64,000 bases of DNA, taken from contig CAVVFV010000003.1 in assembly GCA_963747695.1 (NCBI GenBank), forward strand, positions 17,296 to 81,295. Reading direction: 5' to 3'. Of the stretch, positions 51,194-60,362 are shown piece after piece. Made by a program: the position numbers and the translations under genes. Below the pieces are notes generated by a model that was given only the letters and a program-made list of their open reading frames with translations, searched no databases and was not told where the DNA came from. Each line of letters begins with the position of its first letter. Within the stretch, counting starts at the first letter, position 1. The stretch comes from Candidatus Falkowbacteria bacterium. Lineage in GTDB: Bacteria > Patescibacteriota > Patescibacteriia > Patescibacteriales > WJLG01.

Positions 51194-51658
51194 ATGATAC
51201 GGATATCCGCCGAGAAATTACCGGGTCTAGGGATTCTTTCACTGATGCTGATTATTTTCTGGTTCGGTTTTGGATTGCTCTTCTGGTTGACCGCCGCTAA
51301 AACCATTCCGCCGCATCCGGGTTTGCCGAGCGAAATTATGTTTTTCGTCCTCGGCTCGGCTTTTTCTGTCACTTTGATGGTCGGCTACTGGGCAATGATG
51401 CGTGGCGCCGAAGATCTGCCGCTGGTCATCATTATGCGCCTGGGTATGATCGCCGTTTCGATCGTGGTGACAATCATTTTTTATCAAATTATGATGGGTC
51501 ATCTGGTCTTGAGCGGACGGCAACCGGTAGCAACCCAGGAAACCGCTTGTCTGGCCGGGCTGTTGATCTGCCTTTTCTTGGTGGAAACTCTGGTTAACGC
51601 CATAAAAAGAATCACGCCGGAAAGGAGAGTGATCCATGTTCCGAAACAATCTGCCTGA
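51194..51658 (+). CDS. Hypothetical membrane protein
   Basis: 154-aa ORF with an SD (gggaggcaaaaATG) and four hydrophobic helices. Confidence 0.5.
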   Translation: MIRISAEKLPGLGILSLMLIIFWFGFGLLFWLTAAKTIPPHPGLPSEIMFFVLGSAFSVTLMVGYWAMMRGAEDLPLVIIMRLGMIAVSIVVTIIFYQIMMGHLVLSGRQPVATQETACLAGLLICLFLVETLVNAIKRITPERRVIHVPKQSA

Positions 51659-51830
51659 TTACTGCCGGCTCGAATCTTCCCAAATCCTGTTCGTCGGCAT
51701 TCTGATCTGTATCTGCGAAGGCCGAATCAATTTATTCGAACTGATCATCGCGGCGTCAATTTTCTTGTTAATCAAGCCGCGCCATTCCCCTAACCTTATC
51801 GAGACCAACAAAACCTCAACCGGGCCATAA
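51636..51830 (+). CDS. Possible small membrane protein
   Basis: 64-aa ORF overlapping the upstream gene by 23 nt. Its stop lies within a terminator hairpin. Confidence 0.3.
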   Translation: MFRNNLPDYCRLESSQILFVGILICICEGRINLFELIIAASIFLLIKPRHSPNLIETNKTSTGP

Positions 51831-51844
51831 AGCCCGGTTTTTTA
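51818..51844 (+). terminator. Intrinsic terminator
   Basis: AACCGGGC-cataaa-GCCCGGTT followed by ttttt. Confidence 0.8.
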
Positions 51845-51854
51845 TTAACACTTG

Positions 51855-51903
51855 GTCATTCCCGTCCCCGTCGACACAAGGATAAACTCCGGCGGGAATC
51901 CAG
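51855..51903. repeat. REP-like element GTCATTCCCG...CGGCGGGAATCCAG
   Basis: GTCATTCC family; the arms cattcccg / cgggaatc enclose an insert. Confidence 0.6.
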
Positions 51904-52046
51904 TATTATTGCTTGAACCGTCGTTATTATTGAGCGCGTCAATAACGCGATAATCCTTAAATCTTCGCTTGATTTTTACTTTAAAAAGATATAAACTATG
52001 ATTATATTTCTTATTTCTTCTCTCTTAATTTTTAATCGAATTTTTT

Positions 52047-53597
52047 ATGGAATACGACGTCATCATCGGCATGGAGATCCACGCCGAGCTCAAAACCAAA
52101 TCCAAGATGTTCTGCCGCTGCGACAACAATGCCCGCGGTGCCGAGCCGAACACCAAAACCTGCCCGATCTGTCTGGGCCACCCGGGCACGCTTCCCTACC
52201 CCAACCAGCAAGCCATTGAATGGACGATACTTTTAGGTTTGGGCTTGAATTGCCAGATCAACGAGCTTTCCAAATTCGACCGCAAAAATTATTTTTATCC
52301 GGATCTTCCCAAAGGTTATCAGATCTCGCAATTTGAAATCCCCTTCTGCTCCGGCGGTTATCTGGATATCGACGGCGAAAAAATTGCCATCACCCGCATT
52401 CATTTAGAAGAAGATACCGGCAAATCCATGCATCCGGCCGGCCGCGATTATTCTTTGGTTGATTTGAACCGCGCCGGCACGCCGCTAATCGAATTGGTCA
52501 CCGAGCCGGTCATCCGCTCGGCGGAAATGGCCAAAAAATTCTGCCAGCGATACCAACAGGTTTTGCGCTACCTGGATATCTCCTCGGCTGATATGGAACA
52601 AGGCGAGATGCGCTGCGAGGCCAATGTTTCCATCCAGGAAAAAGGCAAATGGAAATATGAAGACGGATTGATCTTACCGATCGGCGATCCCGCCAAGGCG
52701 GGATTAAATCCTAAAGTCGAATTGAAAAACATCAATTCTTTCCGCGCGGTCGAAAAAGCTGTTTTGTACGAAGTTGAGCGCCAAAAGAAAGCCTTAGCCG
52801 ACGGTGAAGAGCTGCGGCAAGAAACCAGAGGTTGGAACGAATCCACCGGTAAGACCGTCCATCAGCGTTTTAAGGAAACTTCGGCTGACTATCGCTACTT
52901 CCCCGAACCCGATATCCCGCCACTCAAATTCACCGGCCAGATGATTGAAGATATCAAAGCCAAATTAATTGAATTACCGAGCGAGAAAAAAGTCCGCTTT
53001 ATGAATGAATACGGTTTTGATGAGACAACGGCGGAAATCCTAGTGACCGACAAGCATCTGGCCGATTATGCCGAGCATGTCGTTTCCGAACTGGAAGCCT
53101 GGATCGTCGCTTGTGGCGACAGCTGGGAACGCCAGAAGAATAAATTATCCAAGCTGGCTTCGAACTGGATGATCAGCGAATTATTCAAACACTTGAACAA
53201 CAATAATCAAACCATTGCTGATATAAAAATCACGCCGGAAAATTTTGCCGAACTGATGACTTTGGTTTATCAAGACAAAATCAATTCTTCTGCCGCCCAG
53301 ACTATTTTAGCGGAAATGTACCGCGTGAGCAGCGGCATTAAACCGGCCGATGGATCCATTGAAACTGCCGATCCAACTGATATTATGCAAAACCTTGGAC
53401 TCGAGCAGATGGACGACACGGCTATGCTCGAAGCGGTCGTCAATTCGGTTCTCGCTGGAAATCCCGATCAAGTCGCCCAATACAAAGCCGGCAAAACGAA
53501 CGTCGCCCAATTCCTCGTCGGCAAAGTTATGGCGGAAACAAAAGGCAAGGCGAATCCTAAGAAGGTACAGGAAATAATGGTTAAGTTACTTAGTTAA
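52047..53597 (+). CDS. gatB: Asp/Glu-tRNA(Asn/Gln) amidotransferase subunit B
   Basis: 516-aa ORF: YDVIIGMEIHAELKTKSKMFCRC, CPICLGHPGTLP, NRAGTPLIELVTEP, and a C-terminal YqeY-like tail. Confidence 0.95.
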   Translation: MEYDVIIGMEIHAELKTKSKMFCRCDNNARGAEPNTKTCPICLGHPGTLPYPNQQAIEWTILLGLGLNCQINELSKFDRKNYFYPDLPKGYQISQFEIPFCSGGYLDIDGEKIAITRIHLEEDTGKSMHPAGRDYSLVDLNRAGTPLIELVTEPVIRSAEMAKKFCQRYQQVLRYLDISSADMEQGEMRCEANVSIQEKGKWKYEDGLILPIGDPAKAGLNPKVELKNINSFRAVEKAVLYEVERQKKALADGEELRQETRGWNESTGKTVHQRFKETSADYRYFPEPDIPPLKFTGQMIEDIKAKLIELPSEKKVRFMNEYGFDETTAEILVTDKHLADYAEHVVSELEAWIVACGDSWERQKNKLSKLASNWMISELFKHLNNNNQTIADIKITPENFAELMTLVYQDKINSSAAQTILAEMYRVSSGIKPADGSIETADPTDIMQNLGLEQMDDTAMLEAVVNSVLAGNPDQVAQYKAGKTNVAQFLVGKVMAETKGKANPKKVQEIMVKLLS

Positions 53598-53626
53598 TTA
53601 GTTGATTAGGTACTTAGTTTCTAATG
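53581..53626. repeat. 8-nt TAG(G/T)T word array overlapping the gatB stop
   Basis: tagttaat tagttgat taggtact tagtttct. Shares a 12-mer with the array upstream of gyrB. Confidence 0.7.
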
Positions 53627-53640
53627 CCCGTATTTATTCA

Positions 53641-53667
53641 GTCATTCCCGCGCAGGCGGGAATCCAG
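53641..53667. repeat. REP-like element GTCATTCCCGCGCAGGCGGGAATCCAG
   Basis: Compact hairpin attcccgc-gcag-gcgggaat. Confidence 0.7.
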
Positions 53668-53685
53668 TAAAAGCGTACAGAGACA

Positions 53686-54324
53686 ATGGAAGATGATTTA
53701 ATAAAAAAAATAATAAAAATTGTCGAAAAAAGAGAGCGCATGGAAGAAGATAATGTGCGCTCTCTAATGATTTTAATTAGAAAGCTTTTAGACAAACTGC
53801 CCCAAAAGGAACAGATAAATTATTTAACTTTAAGACTATTCTGCAACTGGTCTGCGCATATAGAAATTACTCATTCGAATACGGGACTCAGGATACTTGC
53901 CACAATAAACGATGCTGTTGTTGGGGCCATGAAATTACGACGCAATTTCGAAATACGTGCAAAAATATCTGAAGCGATTAGCTTTTCTATTTTACGAAAA
54001 GAATTGATTTCATTTCTTCAGTCTATAGATATTCAGAATATTTTCAGCTCGCACAATGTATGGGGAAATTTTATTTCCATATTAATCGAAATAATACGCG
54101 ACGTTCCAATATCATTTCCTGAATTATCTAAACTAAAAAAATCACAACAAAATATTTACAATGAAATCGCGAATAACCCTATTCGACCGGACTCAGGTGT
54201 TATCTCCATAAAAATTGATTTATTCAAATTTCCGCCTCCAGAAAACGAAATAATGAGCTTATTTATTAAAACAAAAGATACAACAACCTTAATAATTCCA
54301 CTACTGATCAATGTAACATTATAA
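53686..54324 (+). CDS. Hypothetical protein (AT-rich island ORF 1)
   Basis: 212-aa ORF. AT-rich codon usage and no recognisable motif. Confidence 0.5.
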   Translation: MEDDLIKKIIKIVEKRERMEEDNVRSLMILIRKLLDKLPQKEQINYLTLRLFCNWSAHIEITHSNTGLRILATINDAVVGAMKLRRNFEIRAKISEAISFSILRKELISFLQSIDIQNIFSSHNVWGNFISILIEIIRDVPISFPELSKLKKSQQNIYNEIANNPIRPDSGVISIKIDLFKFPPPENEIMSLFIKTKDTTTLIIPLLINVTL

Positions 54325-54326
54325 CT

Positions 54327-54555
54327 TTTGGCTCCGGCAGAGTCTCCTGAAAGGGACTCGGCCGCAAAGTAACGCTGATCACGTCAGAGTCCTCGCGGCG
54401 AGAGACTCTGACGAGACCAAAAAAACGTTGCGAGATCCCCTCTTGAGAGGGGTGGCTCGCGCCACGCGGACGAGGTGTGTGATGATCAGCAATCGCGTCA
54501 GAGTTCAAATTTTTCCTTATAACAAACATTGAAAAATTACCGTTAAGCCACTAAG
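54327..54555. repeat. Composite inter-ORF repeat module, copy 1
   Basis: ttttggctccggcagagtctcc...gcaaagtaacgctgatcacgtcagagtcc and ttccttataacaaacattgaaaaattaccgttaagc recur at 54949-55185. Contains the long hairpin cgtcagagtcctc-gcggc-gagagactctgacg. Confidence 0.7.
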
Positions 54556-54568
54556 AAAAAAAATATAT

Positions 54569-54946
54569 ATGCCTCTGCCAAAAATACTTAATATCGGATT
54601 TAAAATCGATGAGCCGAAACTTTGGGTCATGGATATTCCCGTCGAAAAAATAACCATTGCCGAGATAGAATATAATTTAGATATCCCCTATCTTGAAAAG
54701 GAAGGGACTGATGACTGGAATCTGACGCCCCGGATGCTGATTGAAAATTTAGACAAAGAACCTTCGCATGCCAAAGATATGAATAAGGCTGATTTAAAAT
54801 ACCCCATCGATATATATTTCCATGACGGAAAATGGATCATTCTTGACGGGGTTCATCGATTTACCAAGGCTGTCCGCCTTAACCATAAAACCATAAAAGT
54901 TAGAAAAGTTTCCGATGAGATTGCCCGACTGGTTAAGCGAAAATAA
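54569..54946 (+). CDS. Small ParB/sulfiredoxin-fold (ParB-like nuclease domain) protein
   Basis: 125-aa ORF. WIILDGVHRFTKAVRLNHKTIKV resembles the ParB-like DGxHR motif. Confidence 0.5.
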   Translation: MPLPKILNIGFKIDEPKLWVMDIPVEKITIAEIEYNLDIPYLEKEGTDDWNLTPRMLIENLDKEPSHAKDMNKADLKYPIDIYFHDGKWIILDGVHRFTKAVRLNHKTIKVRKVSDEIARLVKRK

Positions 54947-54948
54947 TT

Positions 54949-55185
54949 TTGGCTCCGGCAGGGTCTCCTCTTTGAGACTCTGTGGCAAAGCGACGCCGAT
55001 CGCGTCAGAGTCCCAATTTTTTTGTCATTCCGACCGAGCGCGCCTCGCGCGAGCGGAGGAACCGCTTCAAGGTTTTTTTAACTTAATGCGATCCTTCGAC
55101 TCCTGCCGCGGCGGCATTCGCTCAGGATGACAATATAAATTAATTTCCTTATAGCGAGCATTGAAAAATTTCCGTTAAAGCACGA
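54949..55185. repeat. Composite inter-ORF repeat module, copy 2 (with two GTCAT-type REP elements inserted)
   Basis: ttttggctccggcagggtctcc...gcaaagcgacgccgatcgcgtcagagtcc, then REP elements at 55024-55063 and 55090-55131, then ttccttatagcgagcattgaaaaatttccgttaaagc. Confidence 0.7.
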
Positions 55186-55440
55186 AGCGTAGAAGCCGTG
55201 CAAAATTGCGTTGTCCGAAGACGGCGCCTCGCCGGCAAGTATAGCAATTTTGCTAGGCTTCATAGCGGAGTGATAGGAAATTTTTCCTGCGAGCAGTTTT
55301 TTGTGCCACTTTTTCCAAAAAAAGTGGCAAAATAGTAATGTAACCAATAGACCCACCCCGCGTCGCCGAGCTCGGCACCCCTCCCAAGAGGGGAATTAAA
55401 TAAAAAAGGGATTTATCGACGTTGCGACAAATCCCAAATA
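55186..55440. repeat. Cluster of palindromic REP-like hairpins
   Basis: caaaattgc...gcaattttg; tgccacttttt-cc-aaaaaaagtggca; caccccgc...ggcacccctcccaagaggggaatt; gggatttatcgacgttgcgacaaatccc. Confidence 0.6.
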
Positions 55441-55679
55441 AGAATGATTCCTAGCTTAGCCTCTCAAGGAGTAAAAGAGGTTTCAGAAAAAGGTACGCGC
55501 GGAAAAAAGTTACTTTTTGCGCCGTGGCGGGACTTTTTGCCGCTTCCGGCCCGCAGCTTGTAACATGCAGCCGTTGCACCTCAATACGATAAGAGTAGCC
55601 TTATTACTCACCCTAATCGCGTTCTAGGAACCAATCGAATCAAATTATCATACTTATTAATTAAGTCAAGCCAATCTCT

Positions 55680-55916
55680 ATGCAGCTCTATAAAACGCGT
55701 CCCATAAGATTTTACGTCATTGCCGCCAGCGTCGCCTGGGTAATCGTGCTTACCATAGTATTTTTCTTCGGTAGCAGCCAAAAATTTCATGACGCGGCCA
55801 TAGTTTGCGCCGGTTTCTATCTCGGCATGCTCGCGATGTTCATTGCCACTAATTTTTACTGTTCGCCGATGATCTGGAAAAACCAAAGGCGGATGAATGA
55901 GTCCAATAAACAATAA
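55680..55916 (+). CDS. Possible small two-helix membrane protein
   Basis: 78-aa ORF with two hydrophobic helices, followed by a hairpin terminator. The competing antisense ORF 55608-55913 looks less protein-like. Confidence 0.4.
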   Translation: MQLYKTRPIRFYVIAASVAWVIVLTIVFFFGSSQKFHDAAIVCAGFYLGMLAMFIATNFYCSPMIWKNQRRMNESNKQ

Positions 55917-55926
55917 TTTTTTAATT

Positions 55927-55964
55927 AAAAAAGCCGCGCCACCAAAAGGAGGCGCGGGAATTTT
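55927..55964. terminator. Bidirectional terminator hairpin
   Basis: aaaaaa-GCCGCGCC-accaaaagga-GGCGCGGG-aatttt, between convergent genes. Confidence 0.65.
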
Positions 55965-55973
55965 AAAAAAATC

Positions 55974-56762
55974 TTAGTAACTTTCGTAACTTTTGATCGA
56001 ACTGCCAAATTCGGTCTTAATGATCAAGGTCGGATATATTCTTATCCCTGCCTCTCTGCCAACGTCCGTCAGCTTGATTTGCACTGGGTAATATACCCCA
56101 AGTGACACATTATGGCATCGCAAATAGACCGAAACCGGCAAATATTCACCCAGACTGAAAATTTGATTTATTTGCGATTGATCGAATCGGTCCCAACCAT
56201 TTTCCGCTTGCGCCTGAAAAAGGGAAATCCGCGCTCCCAAATAAATCTGATTTTTCTCCGACAATTTTAGATCGCCGCTAATTTCCGGACTGATGTTATC
56301 AAGAAAATCCAATAAAGCGTATTTTGAAGGAGAAATTATTCCTCTTTGTTCAAACGTCAGATAGGTAAGGGCGGCACCATAGCCCCTAGTCTCGGTACCG
56401 GGAGCGTTGGTGTAATTTCGCTCTTGAGAGGTAGATAGGTCGAAGATGAAAAAAACTTCGGCGCAGAATCGGATATCGTCATTGTGTAAGACGTATCCCC
56501 CGCCGAAATTGAGCAGGCCATAAGACGGATATCGCAGACGATCAATCGGCGCCCAATTTTTCGGATCGGCATAGCCATCATCCGGATGGATCGGAACTGA
56601 TCTGATTTCCAAAGGCATTTTTTCGACTATGATACCATCGGGTCCGGCATATTCTACGCCGAAACTCCCGGCATTGTGCCAACCTCCATTAGTTGGCGCG
56701 GCCAGAATTGAACAAGCGATTATCAAAGCGATTCCCAATACTCGAGCAATAATCCTATTCAT
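55974..56762 (-). CDS. Secreted hypothetical protein, beta-rich
   Basis: Start set at the ATG at 56762, after aaggaggttgtg. Signal peptide MNRIIARVLGIALIIACSILAAP. 262 aa with alternating hydrophobic pattern, ending ...SIKSYESY. Confidence 0.6.
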   Translation of the reverse strand: MNRIIARVLGIALIIACSILAAPTNGGWHNAGSFGVEYAGPDGIIVEKMPLEIRSVPIHPDDGYADPKNWAPIDRLRYPSYGLLNFGGGYVLHNDDIRFCAEVFFIFDLSTSQERNYTNAPGTETRGYGAALTYLTFEQRGIISPSKYALLDFLDNISPEISGDLKLSEKNQIYLGARISLFQAQAENGWDRFDQSQINQIFSLGEYLPVSVYLRCHNVSLGVYYPVQIKLTDVGREAGIRIYPTLIIKTEFGSSIKSYESY

Positions 56763-56895
56763 CACAACCTCCTTGGCTATATTGTTTAACCGTGATATGT
56801 CAACCAATTGTGAAAGATCAAGCTATCTTTTACCTGACAATAAATCTTAATAAATGTCAACCAATTTGTCAATAGTGTCCATAGCGTTATCTTAA

Positions 56896-58641
56896 ATGTC
56901 TATTCTTCTTCAAGCTACCAATCTAAGCAAAACATATTCAGGCCAGAAAATTTTCTCTGGCCTGACTTTTGCTGTGCAATCGAGACAGAAGATCGGCGTC
57001 ATCGGCCGGAACGGGGCGGGCAAATCGACGCTGTTCCGGATTATCACCGGTGTTGAAGAAGCTGACGAAGGGAAAATCATAATTTGCCGGGAGGCGCGCA
57101 TCGGTTACCTGAAACAGGAAGATGATTTTTCGGAAACTGAAAGCGCGCTGGAATATTTGAAACGGACGAGTGATCAGGAAATCTGGAATATCAGAAAATT
57201 AGCTTCAAAATTCCAGCTTGATGAAGAAAAACTGGATCAAAAAGCCAAGGGACTTTCCGGCGGCTGGCGGATGCGTTTGAAAATCACCGCCATGCTTTTG
57301 GCCAATCCGAATTTATTTTTACTGGACGAGCCGACTAATTATCTTGATTTATCAACTTTGTTGCTGTTGCAAAATTATCTGCAATCTTATAAAGGCAGTT
57401 TTTTGATCATTTCGCACGATCGCGAATTTTTGAAAAAAACCTGTGAAGAAACTTTGGACATCTCCCCGACCGGCTGTTACCATTATCCGGGTAATATCGA
57501 AAATTATCTGGTCTTCAAAGAACAAAAACTCTCTACAGTATTGAAAAAGAATAAAGGTTTGGCGCGCCAGCAAGAACATATGCAGGAATTCGTCGACCGC
57601 TTCCGCTATTCGGCTTCGCACGCCAAACAGGCTCAGGCTTTTATCCGCAAGATAAACAAATTGGAAAACAAACGCATCACCATCGAACATAAGGCCGGCA
57701 TCACCCGCATCAATATTCCCCCGACAGCCAAACGCCACAATCTGGCCTTGCGCCTCAAAAATATGACGATTGGCTATAATCAGGTGCCAGTGGTCTCAAA
57801 TATCGTCCTTGACCTGCCTGCCGGCGAAAAACTGGCAATTTTAGGCTTAAACGGGCAAGGCAAGACCACGCTACTGCGGACTTTGGCCGGTTTCCTGCCG
57901 CCAATCGCCGGTTCATTCCATTGGTCGGCCAATACCAAAATCGCCTATCACGGTCCTGACCCGATCGACAATTTGATCGGTAAGGAACAAGTAGGCGAAT
58001 TCTTGCAGCGGATGGCCACGCCTGACTTAAAAACTCAAGCGGTTTTGAAAATGGCCGGAGATTTTTTATTCCGTGATGATGAATTGAAAAAATCGATCAG
58101 CGTGCTGTCGGGCGGAGAAAAATCCCGCCTGCTGCTGGCCGGATTGCTCTTATCAAAACCTGATGTTTTTATCTTGGACGAACCGACTTGCCACCTGGAT
58201 TTTGAAACGGTGGAAGCTCTTGGCGCGGCGCTGCAGAAATTCAACGGCACAGTCATCTTTGCCAGCCACGATCGCACCTTCAGCAATCTGCTCGCCACCG
58301 GCCTGATGGAAATCAAAGATGGCAAAGCCGCCCAAGTTCTTGGGAGTTATGAGGATTATGTCGATAATCTGGAAAAAGAATTGGAACTGGAACATCACGC
58401 CAAACCGAAGCCGGAAAATAAGCCCGCCGCCAAAAGCAATAATTATGAACAAAAAAGAGCCGCTCAAAAAGAAGCGACCGCTTTGGAAAAAAAATTGGAC
58501 AAACTGAATCTCAAGCAATTGGAACTCTTACAATATTTCTTGGAAAATCCGGTCAACTATGATCCGGCCAAAGTCCAAGAACTCGAAGAAGTGAAAAAAA
58601 TGATCGCTGAAAAAGAGGACCAATGGCTGAAAGTCGGCTAA
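56896..58641 (+). CDS. ABC-F family ATPase (two ABC domains, no TMD)
   Basis: 581-aa ORF: GRNGAGKST and GLNGQGKTT (Walker A), LSGGWRMRL and LSGGEKSRL (signature), LLLDEPTN/FILDEPT (Walker B), and a K/E-rich C-terminal coiled coil. Confidence 0.9.
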   Translation: MSILLQATNLSKTYSGQKIFSGLTFAVQSRQKIGVIGRNGAGKSTLFRIITGVEEADEGKIIICREARIGYLKQEDDFSETESALEYLKRTSDQEIWNIRKLASKFQLDEEKLDQKAKGLSGGWRMRLKITAMLLANPNLFLLDEPTNYLDLSTLLLLQNYLQSYKGSFLIISHDREFLKKTCEETLDISPTGCYHYPGNIENYLVFKEQKLSTVLKKNKGLARQQEHMQEFVDRFRYSASHAKQAQAFIRKINKLENKRITIEHKAGITRINIPPTAKRHNLALRLKNMTIGYNQVPVVSNIVLDLPAGEKLAILGLNGQGKTTLLRTLAGFLPPIAGSFHWSANTKIAYHGPDPIDNLIGKEQVGEFLQRMATPDLKTQAVLKMAGDFLFRDDELKKSISVLSGGEKSRLLLAGLLLSKPDVFILDEPTCHLDFETVEALGAALQKFNGTVIFASHDRTFSNLLATGLMEIKDGKAAQVLGSYEDYVDNLEKELELEHHAKPKPENKPAAKSNNYEQKRAAQKEATALEKKLDKLNLKQLELLQYFLENPVNYDPAKVQELEEVKKMIAEKEDQWLKVG

Positions 58642-58689
58642 AAAAATAACAGGGCTTCCGTTGAGAAACCCTGTTTCGAGCGAACTCTT

Positions 58690-58995
58690 CTAGGCCAATC
58701 CTCCCAAGCGGGAAAGCCAATCTTCCTGCATCACCACGATCACGCGGCCGACTCTTTTTGCCCGAATGCCTTTCACGAGCATCATTCCTATCATCTTTTC
58801 GATGGGTTCGGCATTTTCGTAGGCATCGAGTTTGTGAAGGCATTGCAGGTCCCGCGTAATCTTGGCCAGGTTTTCCATCTCCACCGGGCTGAGGAATGAC
58901 GAATGATGGCCGGAGACCAGATTCCCCTCGATCTTAAAGGTCGCTTCCGAATTTCCCGTACTGGCGTAATGAACCGAAAATATTGAGCCTTTCAT
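58690..58995 (-). CDS. Hypothetical protein
   Basis: 101-aa ORF with an SD-like gaaaggaaagg and a TTGACA-17-TAAATT promoter at 59047-59075. Confidence 0.5.
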   Translation of the reverse strand: MKGSIFSVHYASTGNSEATFKIEGNLVSGHHSSFLSPVEMENLAKITRDLQCLHKLDAYENAEPIEKMIGMMLVKGIRAKRVGRVIVVMQEDWLSRLGGLA

Positions 58996-59046
58996 AAACC
59001 TTTCCTTTCGAAAAAGAGCTAAATGCCTTCACTAAAAGAACCTGTG

Positions 59047-59075
59047 AATTTAACATATTTTTTCATCAATGTCAA
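59047..59075 (-). promoter_or_regulatory. Sigma70-like promoter (TTGACA-17-TAAATT)
   Basis: + strand tgtcaa 59070-59075 and aattta 59047-59052. Confidence 0.65.
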
Positions 59076-59153
59076 CACCAGAAAAACATAGTCAAAATAC
59101 AGGCTGATAATGTATAATTAATAACAATCCCGCGCCAATATCCATATCAATCT

Positions 59154-59888
59154 ATGACTGAAATAAAACCAATCGGATTTACCACCGGCAGTCTATATCG
59201 GTCAAAAATGTCACTGGCGGAAATCGCCGAATTTTATTATTCTTGCGGCGCCAACGCCATTGAGTTAAGTTGGGCGACGCCGGCGGAATTTTTAAGCGCG
59301 GAAATCAGCGAGCGGCTGATCGAGGCGGCGAAAAAATTCGAATATATTTCAATTCACGCGCCTTGGAAAGAAGTAAGCTACGATTCAGGTTCGGAAACGG
59401 AAAAAATCGTTGCGAAATTAAAAATATTCTGTTCTAGCTTGCCGATCAAGGGTATCGTCCTTCACCCGCACATTATCGCCGATTTTGATATTTTAAAACG
59501 ATCTAATCTTCCTTTCTTACTGGAAAATACCGATAAACGAAAAAAATTCGGCATTGCGGCCGGCGACTTCGAAAAACTTAAAAGCAAATGCGATTTCGGT
59601 TTTGTTTTGGATTTACAACATGCTTATGAACATGATCCGACGATGAAACTGGCCGCGGAATTGATCAAAGTCATGGGCGACCGGCTAAATCATTTTCACG
59701 TCAGCGGCGAAAGCGAAGGAGAGATCCACGTGCCGGTACATCTGGCGCGCAACAAAGACGCCATCGCCGCGATATTGAAAAAGCTGCCGGCGGCGCCGAT
59801 AATCCTGGAAGGCATCTTACTTAATGATTTTAAGAAAACTATCGAAGAGGAATTGAATTTCGTGAAGTCAAATTTGTCCGCCGCTTAA
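59154..59888 (+). CDS. Xylose-isomerase-like TIM-barrel protein (sugar phosphate isomerase/epimerase or AP-endonuclease-2 family)
   Basis: 244-aa ORF with spaced metal-ligand-like residues (SIHAPW, VLHPH, LLENT, DLQHAYEH, HFHVSG) typical of this fold. Confidence 0.6.
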   Translation: MTEIKPIGFTTGSLYRSKMSLAEIAEFYYSCGANAIELSWATPAEFLSAEISERLIEAAKKFEYISIHAPWKEVSYDSGSETEKIVAKLKIFCSSLPIKGIVLHPHIIADFDILKRSNLPFLLENTDKRKKFGIAAGDFEKLKSKCDFGFVLDLQHAYEHDPTMKLAAELIKVMGDRLNHFHVSGESEGEIHVPVHLARNKDAIAAILKKLPAAPIILEGILLNDFKKTIEEELNFVKSNLSAA

Positions 59889-59976
59889 GACCATTATTTA
59901 TAAAAATTCATAACGTCAATTTGATTTATCAGATAAAAAATGGCAGGAGCTCTCATGAGGACCCCTGCCTTTGTGT

Positions 59977-60294
59977 TCATTGCCTTAAAAGAAATTTTCC
60001 CGCAACCCTCATCCAGCACTTGTCGCACTTGACGGTGATTGTTCTTCCTTCGAAGGTGTGATCAACCGCGGCTGCGCGGAACATTGATTTCAGCCAATCC
60101 AACGGATCCCTGTTTTTGACCGGTGGGCTGTCATTGAAATTCTGCAGCATTTGTTGCACTGCCTGCAATTCGTCGTGCCCAACATCGCCAATCCCTGATC
60201 GACGCAGAACTTGGACTTTATCGTCCAGAAAACGAAACGTTGTCTGACATTCCGATGACTCCGATTTGATAATAATATTTTCCCAGTTTGGCAT
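59977..60294 (-). CDS. Hypothetical protein
   Basis: 105-aa ORF with a strong SD (aggggggggataATG). Downstream partner of 60363-60722. Confidence 0.5.
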   Translation of the reverse strand: MPNWENIIIKSESSECQTTFRFLDDKVQVLRRSGIGDVGHDELQAVQQMLQNFNDSPPVKNRDPLDWLKSMFRAAAVDHTFEGRTITVKCDKCWMRVAGKFLLRQ

Positions 60295-60362
60295 TATCCC
60301 CCCCCCTAAACGATTAGAGCTTAGTGATGACTGATTATTTTCAAAGACTACACTGACGCTTT

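Noticed and set aside
54327-55185. Integron attC sites or a gene-cassette array.
   Set aside because: One module end contains GTTAAGC (GTTRRRY-like), but the second copy reads GTTAAAG. No inverse core (RYYYAAC) follows the ORF stops, and no integron integrase is present. I kept it only as a cassette-like observation.
55078-55356. 92-aa minus ORF, and 54308-54529 minus (73 aa).
   Set aside because: Both are composed almost entirely of REP-like palindromes and repeat modules. Such ORFs are typical translation artefacts of these elements.
55608-55913. 101-aa minus ORF competing with the 78-aa + ORF.
   Set aside because: It has no SD, promoter or terminator on that strand. The + strand ORF encodes two clean hydrophobic helices and ends at a terminator hairpin. 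Both calls remain weak.
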